Positions 40,055 through 54,640 of a DNA stretch of 64,000 bases are shown piece after piece. Position numbers and translations under genes: made by a program. A model generated the notes under the pieces. That model saw only the letters and a list, made by a program, of their open reading frames with translations, was not told the DNA's origin and did not search any database. The stretch is from Eledone cirrhosa (lineage: Eukaryota): NCBI GenBank assembly GCA_964016885.1, contig OZ024742.1, forward strand, positions 320,726,001 through 320,790,000, given 5' to 3'. The stretch's first letter is position 1. Each line of letters begins with the position of its first letter.

Positions 40055-40320
40055 GCGAGACATGGCTGATGATGCGCAAATATGCGCTGAGGCTGCGACA
40101 TCTCTGGTGCTTCCTTGACGGTGAACAGGTGTGGTCGCCGTTCGCCAGGCACGTTTTTCCACAGCTCGTCTCCTTGACGGAGCTGAAGTCCTGGATCAGG
40201 AAAAGACCGAGGTATAGCGCTTGGAAGCTGGAATGTCTCCAAGCGCTCACCGCCCTCTACCAGCTGGGCACTAGTATCGGTAGAACATCCACCTCGGCGT
40301 TCTACAGAGGGCTAGTGGAT
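40055..40320 (+). pseudogene. Internal Tx1 ORF2 fragment
   Basis: WLMMRKYALRLRHL...FPQLVSLTELKSW...ECLQAL, paralogous to 3950-4195. Confidence 0.9.
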
Positions 40321-40521
40321 TAAAGTTTAAGCAAAGAATCGCTGCTTTCACCCTTAACGAGATCTTCCGAAACTAAAAAAAATCAATCTCTGAACGCAGA
40401 AGTAAATATTTCGAAAAACGTTGTAACCGAAGGAAAACAGGAAGACGATACTTTGGTTCCCTGGCAATGAACGGAAAAAAGCGAAGATAATACGTCGTTA
40501 TGTGGTGCGTGAGAACAGTTA

Positions 40522-40608
<87 letters not shown>

Positions 40609-40919
40609 ATGTGTGTGTGTGTGTGTGTGTAGCGCTTTTGTTCCGTGTATGAATATAACATAAATAAATAATATTTATTTATATAAGTGTGTTTATATAT
40701 ATACATATATATATATATATCAGAGCAAACATCACGGACGCTCTATCTCAAAATTATTTTTGAAAAGCATTTAGAAATGCGCAACCGGTATAACTTAAAA
40801 CCAAAACTGAATACTAACCAATACAATTACTAATTCTCATTTATTCCTAATTAAACTATTTTTCACTGTGAACAATTTGTCAGCATTTTCTATTCCGTTT
40901 ACCAATATATATATATATT

Positions 40920-41001
40920 AATACGGGATGTTTGTTTACAAACACACCGAGCATCATAATAAATGTTCGGTGAATCCATACGTACATATATATATGTGTG
41001 C

Positions 41002-41080
<79 letters not shown>

Positions 41081-41610
41081 CTACTGTACGTCTGTATACA
41101 TATATGTATGTACGTATACATACTTATATTTAAGTAACAGCCGTACTAAGAGTGAGAAATGAAATTTCGTTTCATTTTTTCCGTTTATCGTTTTCGGTAC
41201 CTCGGCCGATTAACTCACTCGATATGCAAATTAGGCTGCTCAGCCGTTAATATGCATAAGGAAAGTATATACTTTCAGACGTTCAATCATCTGGCAGGAA
41301 GGTTGCTGACGATAGCTAATAAGCTTGAAACTAGTACAGCGTTACTTTGTCAGTGTTGAACAAATGAGCAACGATGGTTGCTAGACACTGTACGGCTTAA
41401 TACGGGATGTTTGTTTACAAACACACCGAGCATTATAATAAATGTTCGGTAAATCCATACGTAGATATATATATATGTGCATGTATGTATATATATATAC
41501 ATACTACTGTACGTCTGTATACATATATGTATGTACGTATACATACTTATATTTAAGTAACAGCCGTACTAAGAGTGGGAAATGAAATTTCGTATCATTT
41601 TTTCCGTTTA
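40920..41610 (+). repeat. ~1.5 tandem copies of the 33445 family
   Basis: aatacgggatgtttgtttacaaacacaccgagcat at ~40920 and ~41399. Confidence 0.85.
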
Positions 41611-41669
41611 TATATATATATATATATATATATATTTAAAAGAATAGAGGTGTAACACACGAGTTATGA

Positions 41670-43489
<1,820 letters not shown>

Positions 43490-43617
43490 GCGCTTTTGTT
43501 CCGTGTATGAATATAACATAAATAAATAATATTTATTTATATAAGTGTGTTTATATATATATATATATATTATGATTCATATATGTTTATATATATCTGT
43601 GTATGTCTGCGTTTCTC

Positions 43618-43674
<57 letters not shown>

Positions 43675-43898
43675 ATATTAATATGTTTATACACATATCT
43701 CTACGTGTATGCGTGCATGTATATCTGTGTGAACTCTTGAAAATAATTATGTTGTTTTCTTCTGTGAATGCACAAAACACACAGAAACATATTTGTGCGA
43801 AGTTATATATGTTGACACAATATATGTATATATATGTGTACACACATACATACATAACTGTACTGTTGCAACATGCTGATTGATATCCTTGAAGTAGC

Positions 43899-43986
<88 letters not shown>

Positions 43987-44168
43987 ATAATACTAAATTT
44001 GAAGACTAAAATCCAAAGAGGGCTCGATAAGGATAAATATATATCAAATGTATAAGATAAATATATATCAAATATATATCAAATATATATATGAGTTTGT
44101 TTCAGAAGATCCCGTTAAGGGTGAAAGCAGCGATTCTTTGCTTAAACTAACTTTAATCTGTTATTTTA

Positions 44169-44233
<65 letters not shown>

Positions 44234-44318
44234 CATATATATATTTATATACACATATACATATATATACATATATATACATATATATATTTATATACAC
44301 ACATATATATATATATAC

Positions 44319-44365
<47 letters not shown>

Positions 44366-44488
44366 TATATGCACACACACACACAGACACACACATATGT
44401 ATATATTTGTATATATAAATAGATAGCTAGTGATCAAAGGATGATGGAATTATTACGGAGGCGATGGAAGTATTATTATACTTATAGT

Positions 44489-44561
<73 letters not shown>

Positions 44562-44749
44562 CTATGTGTGTGTGTGTGTGCGCGGGTGTATTTGTGTATC
44601 AATATGTATAAGTATATACACTCAAATTCACATCGGTGTCGATAGATGACATTCAAGTGCTATGTATATACACTTGGTCACTTAGCTGCACTAAAACGCC
44701 ACCAGCGTCCACTTGAGTTGCCATAGTATTTTATAATTCCCGGTTAGTC

Positions 44750-45660
44750 AGACTGAAGTAGAAATAGCAGTGACCTTGTTTGGTCCTGCTTAAACTGGCG
44801 AGAATAGTGGCTGTGACCTTGTGTGGACCCTTAAAACTTGGGTAAAATAATGGTCGTGACCTTGTGAGATCCACTCAGACTGGTATTTGAAAGTGATGTT
44901 GACTACTAGAGGGGGGGATACCGTAATGATGACTTTGAGAGGCCCCACATAGAATGGATCGGGGTAGTAGCCATGACGAACACAGAGCTGCGGCAGAAGT
45001 TAAGACGTTCCTAGACCCTACCAAGACCGGGAGCCTTTTCCATGGCCCCATCTAATTAGGTGACAGTGTCTATGACATTTTCATACCTGGCATAGAATGG
45101 ATGCAGTGACTACAACGTTCTTAGGGCTCCACAAATTGAGTGCAATGGCCGTCACTTTGGTAGATACACCCGCCTATATTGAAGGCAATGACAATAACCT
45201 TCTCAGTCCCTAACTTGACAATGACCAGTGTATCGAAAATGGACACGATCCTAGATCCCTTATTTAATGGGGCTATGCTTACGACCCTCTCTGTCATCAT
45301 TTAGGTAAGGGACTATAGTCATACCCTTTTTAGTTTCCATCTACACTGGAAGGAGGCAGGGACTATAACCTCCTGAGGCACAGCCTAGACGGGTGACAGT
45401 GACCATGTACCTCTTACCTCTACAGACTGTAGACAGAAGTTATAACAGACACAACATATACTAGGGTCTGTCGTTATTACCTTCTCAATCTCCACACAGA
45501 CGTAGGCATGAAAGCAGTGACTAGAACCTTTTGAAAGGAATTTAGACGAAAGACAGAGGCAAAGACGGAAGGCAAAGACAGAGGCAATGAACATCTTTCA
45601 TCCCAGACGGGAGGCTGTAGCCAAAACCTTTTCAGGCTCCACCTAAAATGGGATATGTGA
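44750..45660. repeat. Highly diverged ~40-43-bp tandem repeat
   Basis: Recurrent gtgaccttg...cc.ac.taga.tgg motif (44770, 44813, 44856 and onward). Confidence 0.55.
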
Positions 45661-45817
45661 CAATAGCAGAAGATAGGCCTTCACAGAATTGATGCAATTG
45701 ATGGGGGTGAGGGTGTTTGGTGTTATGGGTAAGAAGGATTGGGTAAAGTGGTTTGTGCAGGTTTCTGGTAGGGAGTGTCACAGTCGAAGATCTTGTATTT
45801 AAAGCCAACTGGCGAAA

Positions 45818-45860
45818 GCAACTGATATATTTCGATCTATTCAGAACTCGTCAGTAAACC
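45818..45860 (-). ncRNA. Degenerate minimal hammerhead motif
   Basis: CUGACGA-guucu gaau agauc-GAAA-uaua-UC; stem I poorly paired. Confidence 0.4.
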
Positions 45861-46171
45861 TTATCATTTCATTAGGGCACCACACACATATATACGTACA
45901 TGCATAAATATATAAATGTATATAAATGCATGAGTGTGTATGTATGTGCATGTGTGTGTGTGATTGTATGTGCGCATGTGATGGTTCAGTGTGTTTAAAT
46001 GAACGAAACAAACATTGGTATTGTTGCTTTTATTGTTAATGTTACACAAACACGTACGTACCGTATATAAAGTGGTGACATACGTCTGTCCAATTACCAT
46101 ATATATATATATGCCTCTGTGTGTATATTTGTATATTTGTATATTTGTATATTTATATATTTGTATATTTG

Positions 46172-46214
<43 letters not shown>

Positions 46215-46227
46215 GAAGTTAATATGC

Positions 46228-46276
<49 letters not shown>

Positions 46277-46475
46277 TATACATGCTAATATATGAATAAA
46301 TGGTAATTATCCATAAGTTCTATATAATTGCTTATAAGTGTGTAGGTCTGTATTAATATATAAATATATATATATATGTATATTTATGTATATATTTACA
46401 TACACTCAAAAAGATATATAGTACGTATAAATACACACACACACACATATATATATGTATATATATGTATATATG

Positions 46476-46750
<275 letters not shown>

Positions 46751-46982
46751 CATATGTGTGTATATGGAGAGAGATAGAGTAAGGAAGAGTGAGAGAATGG
46801 TAGAGAGAGAAAAATGAAAGGAGAATGTAAGAGAGGGTGAAAGAGTAACCCTAGCCATTTGATACTGACAAAATACCACCCAGTTTTCCCTCTAAGTACA
46901 ACAGACGGAGACTGTAAATTATATTGTCGGTTGTGTTATTGTTACTGTTGCTGTTGTTGGCGTTTTTGTTACTGCAGTTGCT

Positions 46983-46983
<1 letters not shown>

Positions 46984-47059
<76 letters not shown>

Positions 47060-47525
47060 TATTTAATCCTTGTTGATATTGGTACTGGTGAATGTGGTGG
47101 CTGCGGTGGTAGTGGTGGTGATTGTGCTGGCAGTGCTGGTAGTGGTGGTGCTGTTGGTAGTGGTGTTAGTGGTGGTGATTGTGGTGGTGGTGGCGGTGCT
47201 GGTGGTAGTGGTGAATGTGGTGATAGTGGTGGTAGTGGTGGTAGTGGTGGTGATTGTTGTAGTAGTGGTTGTGCTGGTGGTAGTGGTGAATGTGGTGATA
47301 GTGGTGGTGCGGGCGAATGTGATGAAGTGGTGGTGGTGGTGGTAGTGGTGGTAGTGGTGGTGCTGGTAATTGTGGTGGTAGTGGTGGTGCGGAAGAATGT
47401 GGTCGTCGTGGTGGTGTGGGTGAATGTGGTGGTAGTGGTGGTGATTCTAGTGGTAGTGGTGGTGATTGTGGTGGTTGTGGTGGTAGTGGTGGTGCGGGTG
47501 AATGTGATAATTGTGGTGGTAGTGG
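46984..47525. repeat. (AGT)n grading into degenerate (GGT)n
   Basis: Direct reading. Confidence 0.9.
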
Positions 47526-50500
47526 AGTTGGCTGTAGTGGTATAGATGTGGTGGTGTTGGATGTAGTGGTATAGCTGAGGTGGTGTTGGCTGTAGTGGTG
47601 TTGGCTGTAGTGGTGTTGGCTGTGGTGGTGTTGGCTGTAGTGGTGTTGGCTGTAGTGGTGTTGGCTGTAGTGGTGTTGGCTGTGGTGGTATAGCTGTGGT
47701 GGTGTTGGCTGTAGTGGTATAGCTGAGGTGGTGTTGGCTGTAGTGGTGTTGGCTGTGGTGGTGTTGGCTGTAGTGGTGTTGGCTGTAGTGGTGTTGGCTG
47801 TAGTGGTGTTGGCTGTAGTGGTGTTGGCTGTGGTGGTGTTGGCTGTAGTGGTGTTGGCTGTAGTGGTATAGCTGTGGTGGTGTAGGCTGTAGTGGTATAG
47901 CTGAGGTGGTGTTGGCTGTGGTGGTGTTGGCTGTAGTGGTGTTGGCTGTGGTGGTGTTGGCTGTAGTGGTGTTGGCTGTAGTGGTGTTGGCTGTGGTGGT
48001 GTTGGCTGTGGTGGTGTTGGCTGTAGTGCTATTGGCTGTGGAGGTGTTGGCTGTGGTGGTGTTGGCTGTAGTGGTATAGCTGAGGTGGTGTTGGTTGTGG
48101 TGGTGTTGGCTGTGGTGGTGTTGGCTGTGGTGGTGTTGGGTGTGGTGGTGTTGGCTGTGGTGGTGTTGGCTGTGGTGGTGTTGGCTGTGGTGGTGTTGGC
48201 TGTGGTGGTGTTGGCTGTGGTGGTGTTGGCTGTAGTGGTGTTGGCTGTGGTGGTGTTGGCTGTAGTGGTGTTGGCTGTGGTGGTGTTGGCTGTGGTGGTA
48301 TAGCTGTGGTGGTATAGCTGAGGTGGTGTTGGCTGTGGTGGTGTTGGCTGTGGTGGTGTTGGCTGTGGTGGTATAGCTGTGGTGGTATAGCTGAGGTGGT
48401 GTTGGCTGTGGTGGTGTTGGCTGTGGTGGTGTTGGCTGAGGTGGTGTTGGCTGTGGTGGTGTTGGCTGTGGTGGTGTTGGCTGTGGTGGTGTTGGCTGTA
48501 GTGGTGTTGGCTGTGGTGGTATAGCTGTGGTGGTATAGCTGAGGTGGTGTTGGCTGTGGTGGTGTTGGCTGTGGTGGTGTTGGCTGTAGTGGTGTTGGCT
48601 GTGGTGGTGTTGGCTGTGGTGGTGTTGGCTGTAGTGGTGTTGGCTGTGGTGGTATTGGCTGTGGCGGTGTTGGCTGTGGTGGTGTTGGCTGTGGTGGTGT
48701 TGGCTGTGGTGGTATAGCTGTGGTGGTATAGCTGAGGTGGTGTTGGCTGTGGTGGTGTTGGCTGTGGTGGTACCGCTGTGGTGGTATAGCTGAGGTGGTG
48801 TTGGCTGTGGTGGTGTTGGCTGTAGTGGTATAGCTGTGGTGGTGTTGGCTGTGGTGGTACCGCTGTGGTGGTATAGCTGAGGTGGTGTTGGCTGTGGTGG
48901 TGTTGGCTGTAGTGGTATAGCTGTGGTGGTATAGCTGTGGTGGTATAGCTGAGGTGGTGTTGGCTGTGGTGGTGTTGGCTGTGGTGGTGTTGGCTGTGGT
49001 GGTGTTGGCTGTGGTGGTGTTGGCTGTAGTGGTGTTGGCTGTGGTGGTGTTGGCTGTGGTGGTGTTGGCTGTGGTGGTGTTGGCTGTGGTGGTGTTGGCT
49101 GTGGTGGTGTTGGCTGTGGTGGTGTTGGCTGTAGTGGTGTTGGCTGTGGTGGTATTGGCTGTGGTGGTGTTGGCTGTAGTGGTGTTGGCTGTGGTGGTGT
49201 TGGCTGTGGTGGTGTTGGCTGTAGTGGTGTTGGCTGTGGTGGTGTTGGCTGTAGTGGTGTTGGCTGTGGTGGTGTTGGCTGTGGTGGTGTTGGCTGTAGT
49301 GGTGTTGGCTGTAGTGGTGTTGGCTGTGGTGGTGTTGGCTGTAGTGGTGTTGGCTGTGGTGGTGTAGGCTGTAGTGGTGTTGGCTGTAGTGGTGTTGGCT
49401 GTAGTGGTGTTGGCTGTGGTGGTGTAGGCTGTAGTGGTGTTGGCTGTAGTGGTGTTGGCTGTAGTGGTGTTGGCTGTGGTGGTGTTGGCTGTGGTGGTGT
49501 TGGCTGTGGTGGTGTTGGCTGTAGTGGTGTTGGCTGTGGTGGGGTTGGCTGTGGTGGTGTTGGTTGTGGTGGTGTTGGCTGTAGTGGTATAGCTGTGGTG
49601 GTGTTGGCTGTGGTGGTGTTGGCTGTAGTGGTGTTGGCTGTAGTGGTGTTGGCTGTAGTGGTGTTGGTTGTAGTGGTGTTGGCTGTAGTGGTGTTGGCTG
49701 TAGTGGTGTTGGCTGTGGTTGTGTTGGCTGTGGTGGTGTTGGTTGTGGTGGTGTTGGCTGTAGTGGTGTTGGCTGTAGTGGTGTTGGCTGTGGTGGTGTT
49801 GGCTGTAGTGGTGTTGGCTGTAGTGGTGTTGGCTGCAGTGGTACCGCTGTGGTGGTGTAGGCTGTAGTGGTATAGCTGTGGTGGTGTTGGCTGTAGTGGT
49901 GTTGGCTGTAGTGGTGTTGGCTGTGGTTGTGTTGGCTGTGGTGGTGTTGGTTGTGGTGGTGTTGGCTGTAGTGGTGTTGGCTGTAGTGGTGTTGGATGTA
50001 GTGGTGTTGGCTGTAGTGGTGTTGGCTGTAGTGGTGTTGGTTGTGGTGATGTTGGCTGTAGTGGTGTTGGCTGTAGTGGTGTTGGCTGTAGTGGTGTTGG
50101 CTGTAGTGGTGTTGGCTGTGGTGGTGTTGGCTGTAGTGGTGTTGGCTGTGGTGGTGTTGGCTGTGGTGGTGTTGGCTGTAGTGGTGTTGGCTGTAGTGGT
50201 GTTGGCTGTAGTGGTGTTGGCTGTAGTGGTGTTGGCTGTGGTGGTGTTGGCTGTGGTGGTGTTGGCTGTGGTGGTGTTGGCTGTAGTGGTATAGCTGTGG
50301 TGGTGTTGGCTGTAGTGGTGTTGGCTGTGGTGGTGTTGGCTGTGGTGGTGTTGGCTGTAGTGGTGTTGGCTGTGGTGGTGTTGGCTGTAGTGGTGTTGGC
50401 TGTAGTGGTGTTGGCTGTAGTGGTGTTGGCTGTAGTGGTGTTGGCTGTGGTGGTGTTGGCTGTAGTGGTGTTGGCTGTGGTGGTGTTGGCTGTGGTGGTG

Positions 50501-53500
50501 TTGGTTGTGGTGGTGTTGGCTGTAGTGGTGTTGGCTGTAGTGGTGTTGGCTGTAGTGGTGTTGGCTGTAGTGGTGTTGGCTGTAGTTGTACCGCTGTGGT
50601 GGTGTAGGCTGTAGTGGTATAGCTGTGGTGGTGTAGGCTGTAGTGGTACCGCTGTGGTGGTGTAGGCTGTAGTGGTATAGCTGAGGTGGTGTTGGCTGTG
50701 GTGGTGTTGGCTGTAGTGGTGTTGGCGGTAGTGGTGTTGGCTGTAGTGGTACCGCTGTGGTGGTGTAGGCTGTAGTGGTATAGCTGTGGTGGTGTAGGCT
50801 GTAGTGGTATTGGCTGTGGCGGTGTTGGCTGTGGTGGTGTTGGCTGTAGTGGTATAGCTGTGGTGGTGTTGGCTGTAGTTGTACCGCTGTGGTGGTGTAG
50901 GCTGTAGTGATACCGCTGTGGTGGGGTAGGCTGTAGTGGTATAGCTGAGGTGGTGTTGGCTGTGGTGGTGTTGGCTGTAGTGGTGTTGGCGGTAGTGGTG
51001 TTGGCTGTAGTGGTACCGCTGTGGTGGTGTAGGCTGTAGTGGTATAGCTGTGGTGGTGTTGGTTGTGGTGGTGTTGGCTGTAGTGGTATAGCTGTGGTGG
51101 TGTTGGCTGTAGTGGTATAGCTGTGGTGGTGTTGGTTGTGGTGGTGTTGGCTGTAGTGGTGTTGGCTGTAGTGGTGTTGGCTGTGGTGGTGTTGGCTGTG
51201 GTGGTGTTGGCTGTAGTGGTGTTGGCTGTAGTGGTGTTGGCTGTGGTGGTGTTGGCTGTGGTGGTGTTGGCTGTAGTGGTATAGCTGTGGTGGTGTTGGC
51301 TGTGGTGGTGTTGGCTGTGGTGGTGTTGGCTGTGGTGGTGTTGGCTGTAGTGGTATAGCTGTGGTGGTGTTGGCTGTAGTGGTGTTGGCTGTGGTGGTGT
51401 TGGCTGTGGTGGTGTTGGCTGTGGTGGTGTTGGCTGTAGTGGTATAGCTGTGGTGGTGTTGGCTGTAGTGGTATAGCTGTGGTGGTGTTGGCTGTAGTGG
51501 TGTTGGCTGTGGTGGTGTTGGCTGTGGTGGTACCGCTGTGGTGGTGTAGGCTGTAGTGGTGTTGGCTGTGGTGGTGTTGGCTGTAGTGGTGTAGGCTGTA
51601 GTGGTATTGGCTGTAGTGGTACCGCTGTGGTGGTGTAGGCTGTAGTGGTGTTGGCTGTAGTGGTATAGCTGTGGTGGTGTTGGCTGTGGTGGTGTTGGCT
51701 GTAGTGGTGTTGGCTGTGGTGGTGTTGGCTGTGGTGGTGTTGGCTGTAGTGGTGTTGGCTGTAGTGGTGTTGGCTGTAGTGGTGTTGGCTGTAGTGGTGT
51801 TGGCTGTGGTGGTGTTGGCTGTGGTGGTGTTGGCTGTAGTGGTGTTGGCTGTGGTGGTGTTGGCTGTGGTGGTGTTGGTTGTGGTGGTGTTGGCTGTAGT
51901 GGTGTTGGCTGTGGTGATGTTGGCTGTGGTGGTGTTGGCTGTGGTGGTGTTGGCTGTAGTGGTGTTGGCTGTGGTGGTGTTGACTGTAGTGGTGTTAGCT
52001 GTAGTGGTGTTGGCTGTAGTGGTACCGCTGTGGTGGTGTAGGCTGTAGTGGTGTTGGCTGTGGTGGTGTTGGCTGTAGTGGTGTTGGCTGTAGTGGTGTT
52101 GGCTGTAGTGGTACCGCTGTGGTGGTGTAGGCTGTAGTGGTGTTGGCTGTGGTGGTGTTGGCTGTAGTGGTGTAGGCTGTAGTGGTATTGGCTGTAGTGG
52201 TACCGCTGTGGTGGTGTAGGCTGTAGTGGTGTTGGCTGTGGTGGTGTAGGCTGTAGTGGTATTGGCTGTGGCGGTGTTGGCTGTGGTGGTGTTGGCTGTA
52301 GTGGTGTTGGCTGTGGTGGTATAGCTGTGGTGGTGTTGGCTGTGGTGGTGTTGGCTGTAGTGGTGTTGGCTGCGGTGGTGTTGGCTGTGGTGGTGTTGGC
52401 TGTAGTGGTGTTGGCTGTAGTGGTGTTGGCTGTGGTGGTGTTGGCTGTAGTGGTATAGCTGTGGTGGTGTGGGCTGTAGTGGTGTTGGCTGTGGTGGTGT
52501 TGGCTGTAGTGGTGTTGGCTGTAGTGGTGTTGGCTGTAGTGGTATTGGCTGTGGTGGTGTTGGCTGTGGTGGTGTAGGCTGTAGTGGTATAGCTGTGGTG
52601 GTGTTGGCTGTGGTGGTGTTGGCTGTAGTGGTATTGGCTGTGGTGGTGTTGGCTGTGGTGGTGTAGGCTGTAGTGGTGTTGGCTGTAGTGGTATTGCTGT
52701 GGTGGTGTTGGCTGTGGTGGTGTTGGCTGTAGTGGTATAGCTGTGGTGGTGTTGGCTGTAGTGGTATAGCTGTGGTTGTGTTGGCTGTGGTGGTGTTGGC
52801 TGTAGTGGTGTTGGCTGTGGTGGTGTTGGCTGTGGTGGTGTTGGCTGTAGTGGTGTTGGCTGTGGTGGTGTTGGCTGTGGTGGTGTTGGTTGTGGTGGTG
52901 TTGGCTGTAGTGGTGTTGGCTGTGGTGGTGTTGGCTGTGGTGGTGTTGGCTGTGGTGGTGTTGGTTGTGGTGGTGTTGGCTGTAGTGGTATAGCTGTGGT
53001 GGTGTTGGCTGTGGTGGTGTTGGCTGTGGTGGTATAGCTGTGGTGGTGTTGGCTGTGGTGGTGTTGGCTGTAGTGGTGTTGGCTGTAGTGGTGTTGGCTG
53101 TAGTAGTGTTGGCTGTAGTGGTGTTGGCTGTAGTGGTGTTGGCTGCAGTGGTGTTGGCTGTGGTGGTGTTGGCTGTGGTGGTGTTGGCTGTGGTGGTGTT
53201 GGCTGTAGTGGTGTTGGCTGTAGTGGTGTTGGCTGTAGTGGTGTTGGCTGTGGTGGTGTTGGCTGTAGTGGTGTTGGCTGTAGTGGTGTTGGCTGTAGTG
53301 GTGTTGGCTGTAGTGGTGTTGGCTGTAGTGGTGTTGGCTGTAGTAGTGTTGGCTGTAGTGGTGTTGGCTGCAGTGGTGTTGGCTGTAGTGGTGTTGGCTG
53401 TGGTGGTGTTGGCTGTGGTGGTGTTGGCTGTGTTGGTGTTGGCTGTGGTGGTGTTGGCTGTGGTGGTGTTGGCTGTGGTGGTGTTGGCTGTGGTGGTGTT

Positions 53501-54640
53501 GGTTGTGGTGGTGTTGGCTGTAGTGGTATAGCTGTGGTGGTGTTGGCTGTGGTGGTGTTGGATGTGGTGGTGTTGGCTGTAGTAGTGTTGGCTGTAGTGG
53601 TGTTGGCTGTAGTGGTGTTGGCTGTGGTGGTGTTGACTGTAGTGGTGTTGGCTGTAGTGGTGTTGGCTGTAGTGGTGTTGGCTGTAGTGGTGTTGGCTGT
53701 AGTGGTGTTGGCTGTAGTGGTGTTGGCTGTAGTGGTGTTGGCTGTGGTGGTGTTGGCTGTAGTGGTGTTGGCTGTGGTGGTGTTGGCTGTGGTGGTGTTG
53801 GTTGTGGTGGTGTTGGCTGTAGTGGTGTTGGCTGTAGTGGTGTTGGCTGTAGTGGTGTTGGCTGTAGTGGTGTTGGCTGTAGTTGTACCGCTGTGGTGGT
53901 GTAGGCTGTAGTGGTATAGCTGTGGTGGTGTAGGCTGTAGTGGTACCGCTGTGGTGGTGTAGGCTGTAGTGGTATAGCTGAGGTGGTGTTGGCTGTGGTG
54001 GTGTTGGCTGTAGTGGTGTTGGCGGTAGTGGTGTTGGCTGTAGTGGTACCGCTGTGGTGGTGTAGGCTTTAGTGGTATTGGCTGTGGTGGTGTAGGCTGT
54101 AGTGGTATAGCTGGGGTTGTGTTGGCTGTGGTGGTGTTGGCTGTAGTGGTGTTGTCGGTAGTGGTGTTGGCTGTAGTGGTACCGCTGTGGTGGTGTAGGC
54201 TGTAGTGGTACCGCTGTGGTGGTGTAGGCTGTAGTGGTATAGCTGAGGTGGTGTTGGCTGTGGTGGTGTTGGCTGTAGTGGTGTTGGCGGTAGTGGTGTT
54301 GGCTGTAGTGGTACCGCTGTGGTGGTGTAGGCTGTAGTGGTATAGCTGAGGTGGTGTTGGCTGTGGTGGTGTAGGCTGTAGTGGTATAGCTGTGGTGGTG
54401 TTGGCTGTAGTGGTATAGCTGTGGTGGTGTTGGCTGTAGTGGTATAGCTGTGGTGGTGTTGGCTGTGGTGGTGTTGGCTGTAGTGGTGTTGGCTGTAGTG
54501 GTACCGCTGTGGTGGTGTTGGCTGTAGTGGTACCGCTGTGGTGGTGTTGGCTGTAGTGGTATAGCTAAGGTGGTGTTGGCTATGCTGGTATTGGCTGTGG
54601 TGGTGTTGGCTGTAGTGGTGTTGGCGGTAGTGGTATAGCT
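47526..54640. repeat. 15-bp minisatellite GGTGTTGGCTGT(A/G)GT with 14-bp variants (ggtatagctgtggt, ggtaccgctgtggt)
   Basis: Direct reading. Confidence 0.98.
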
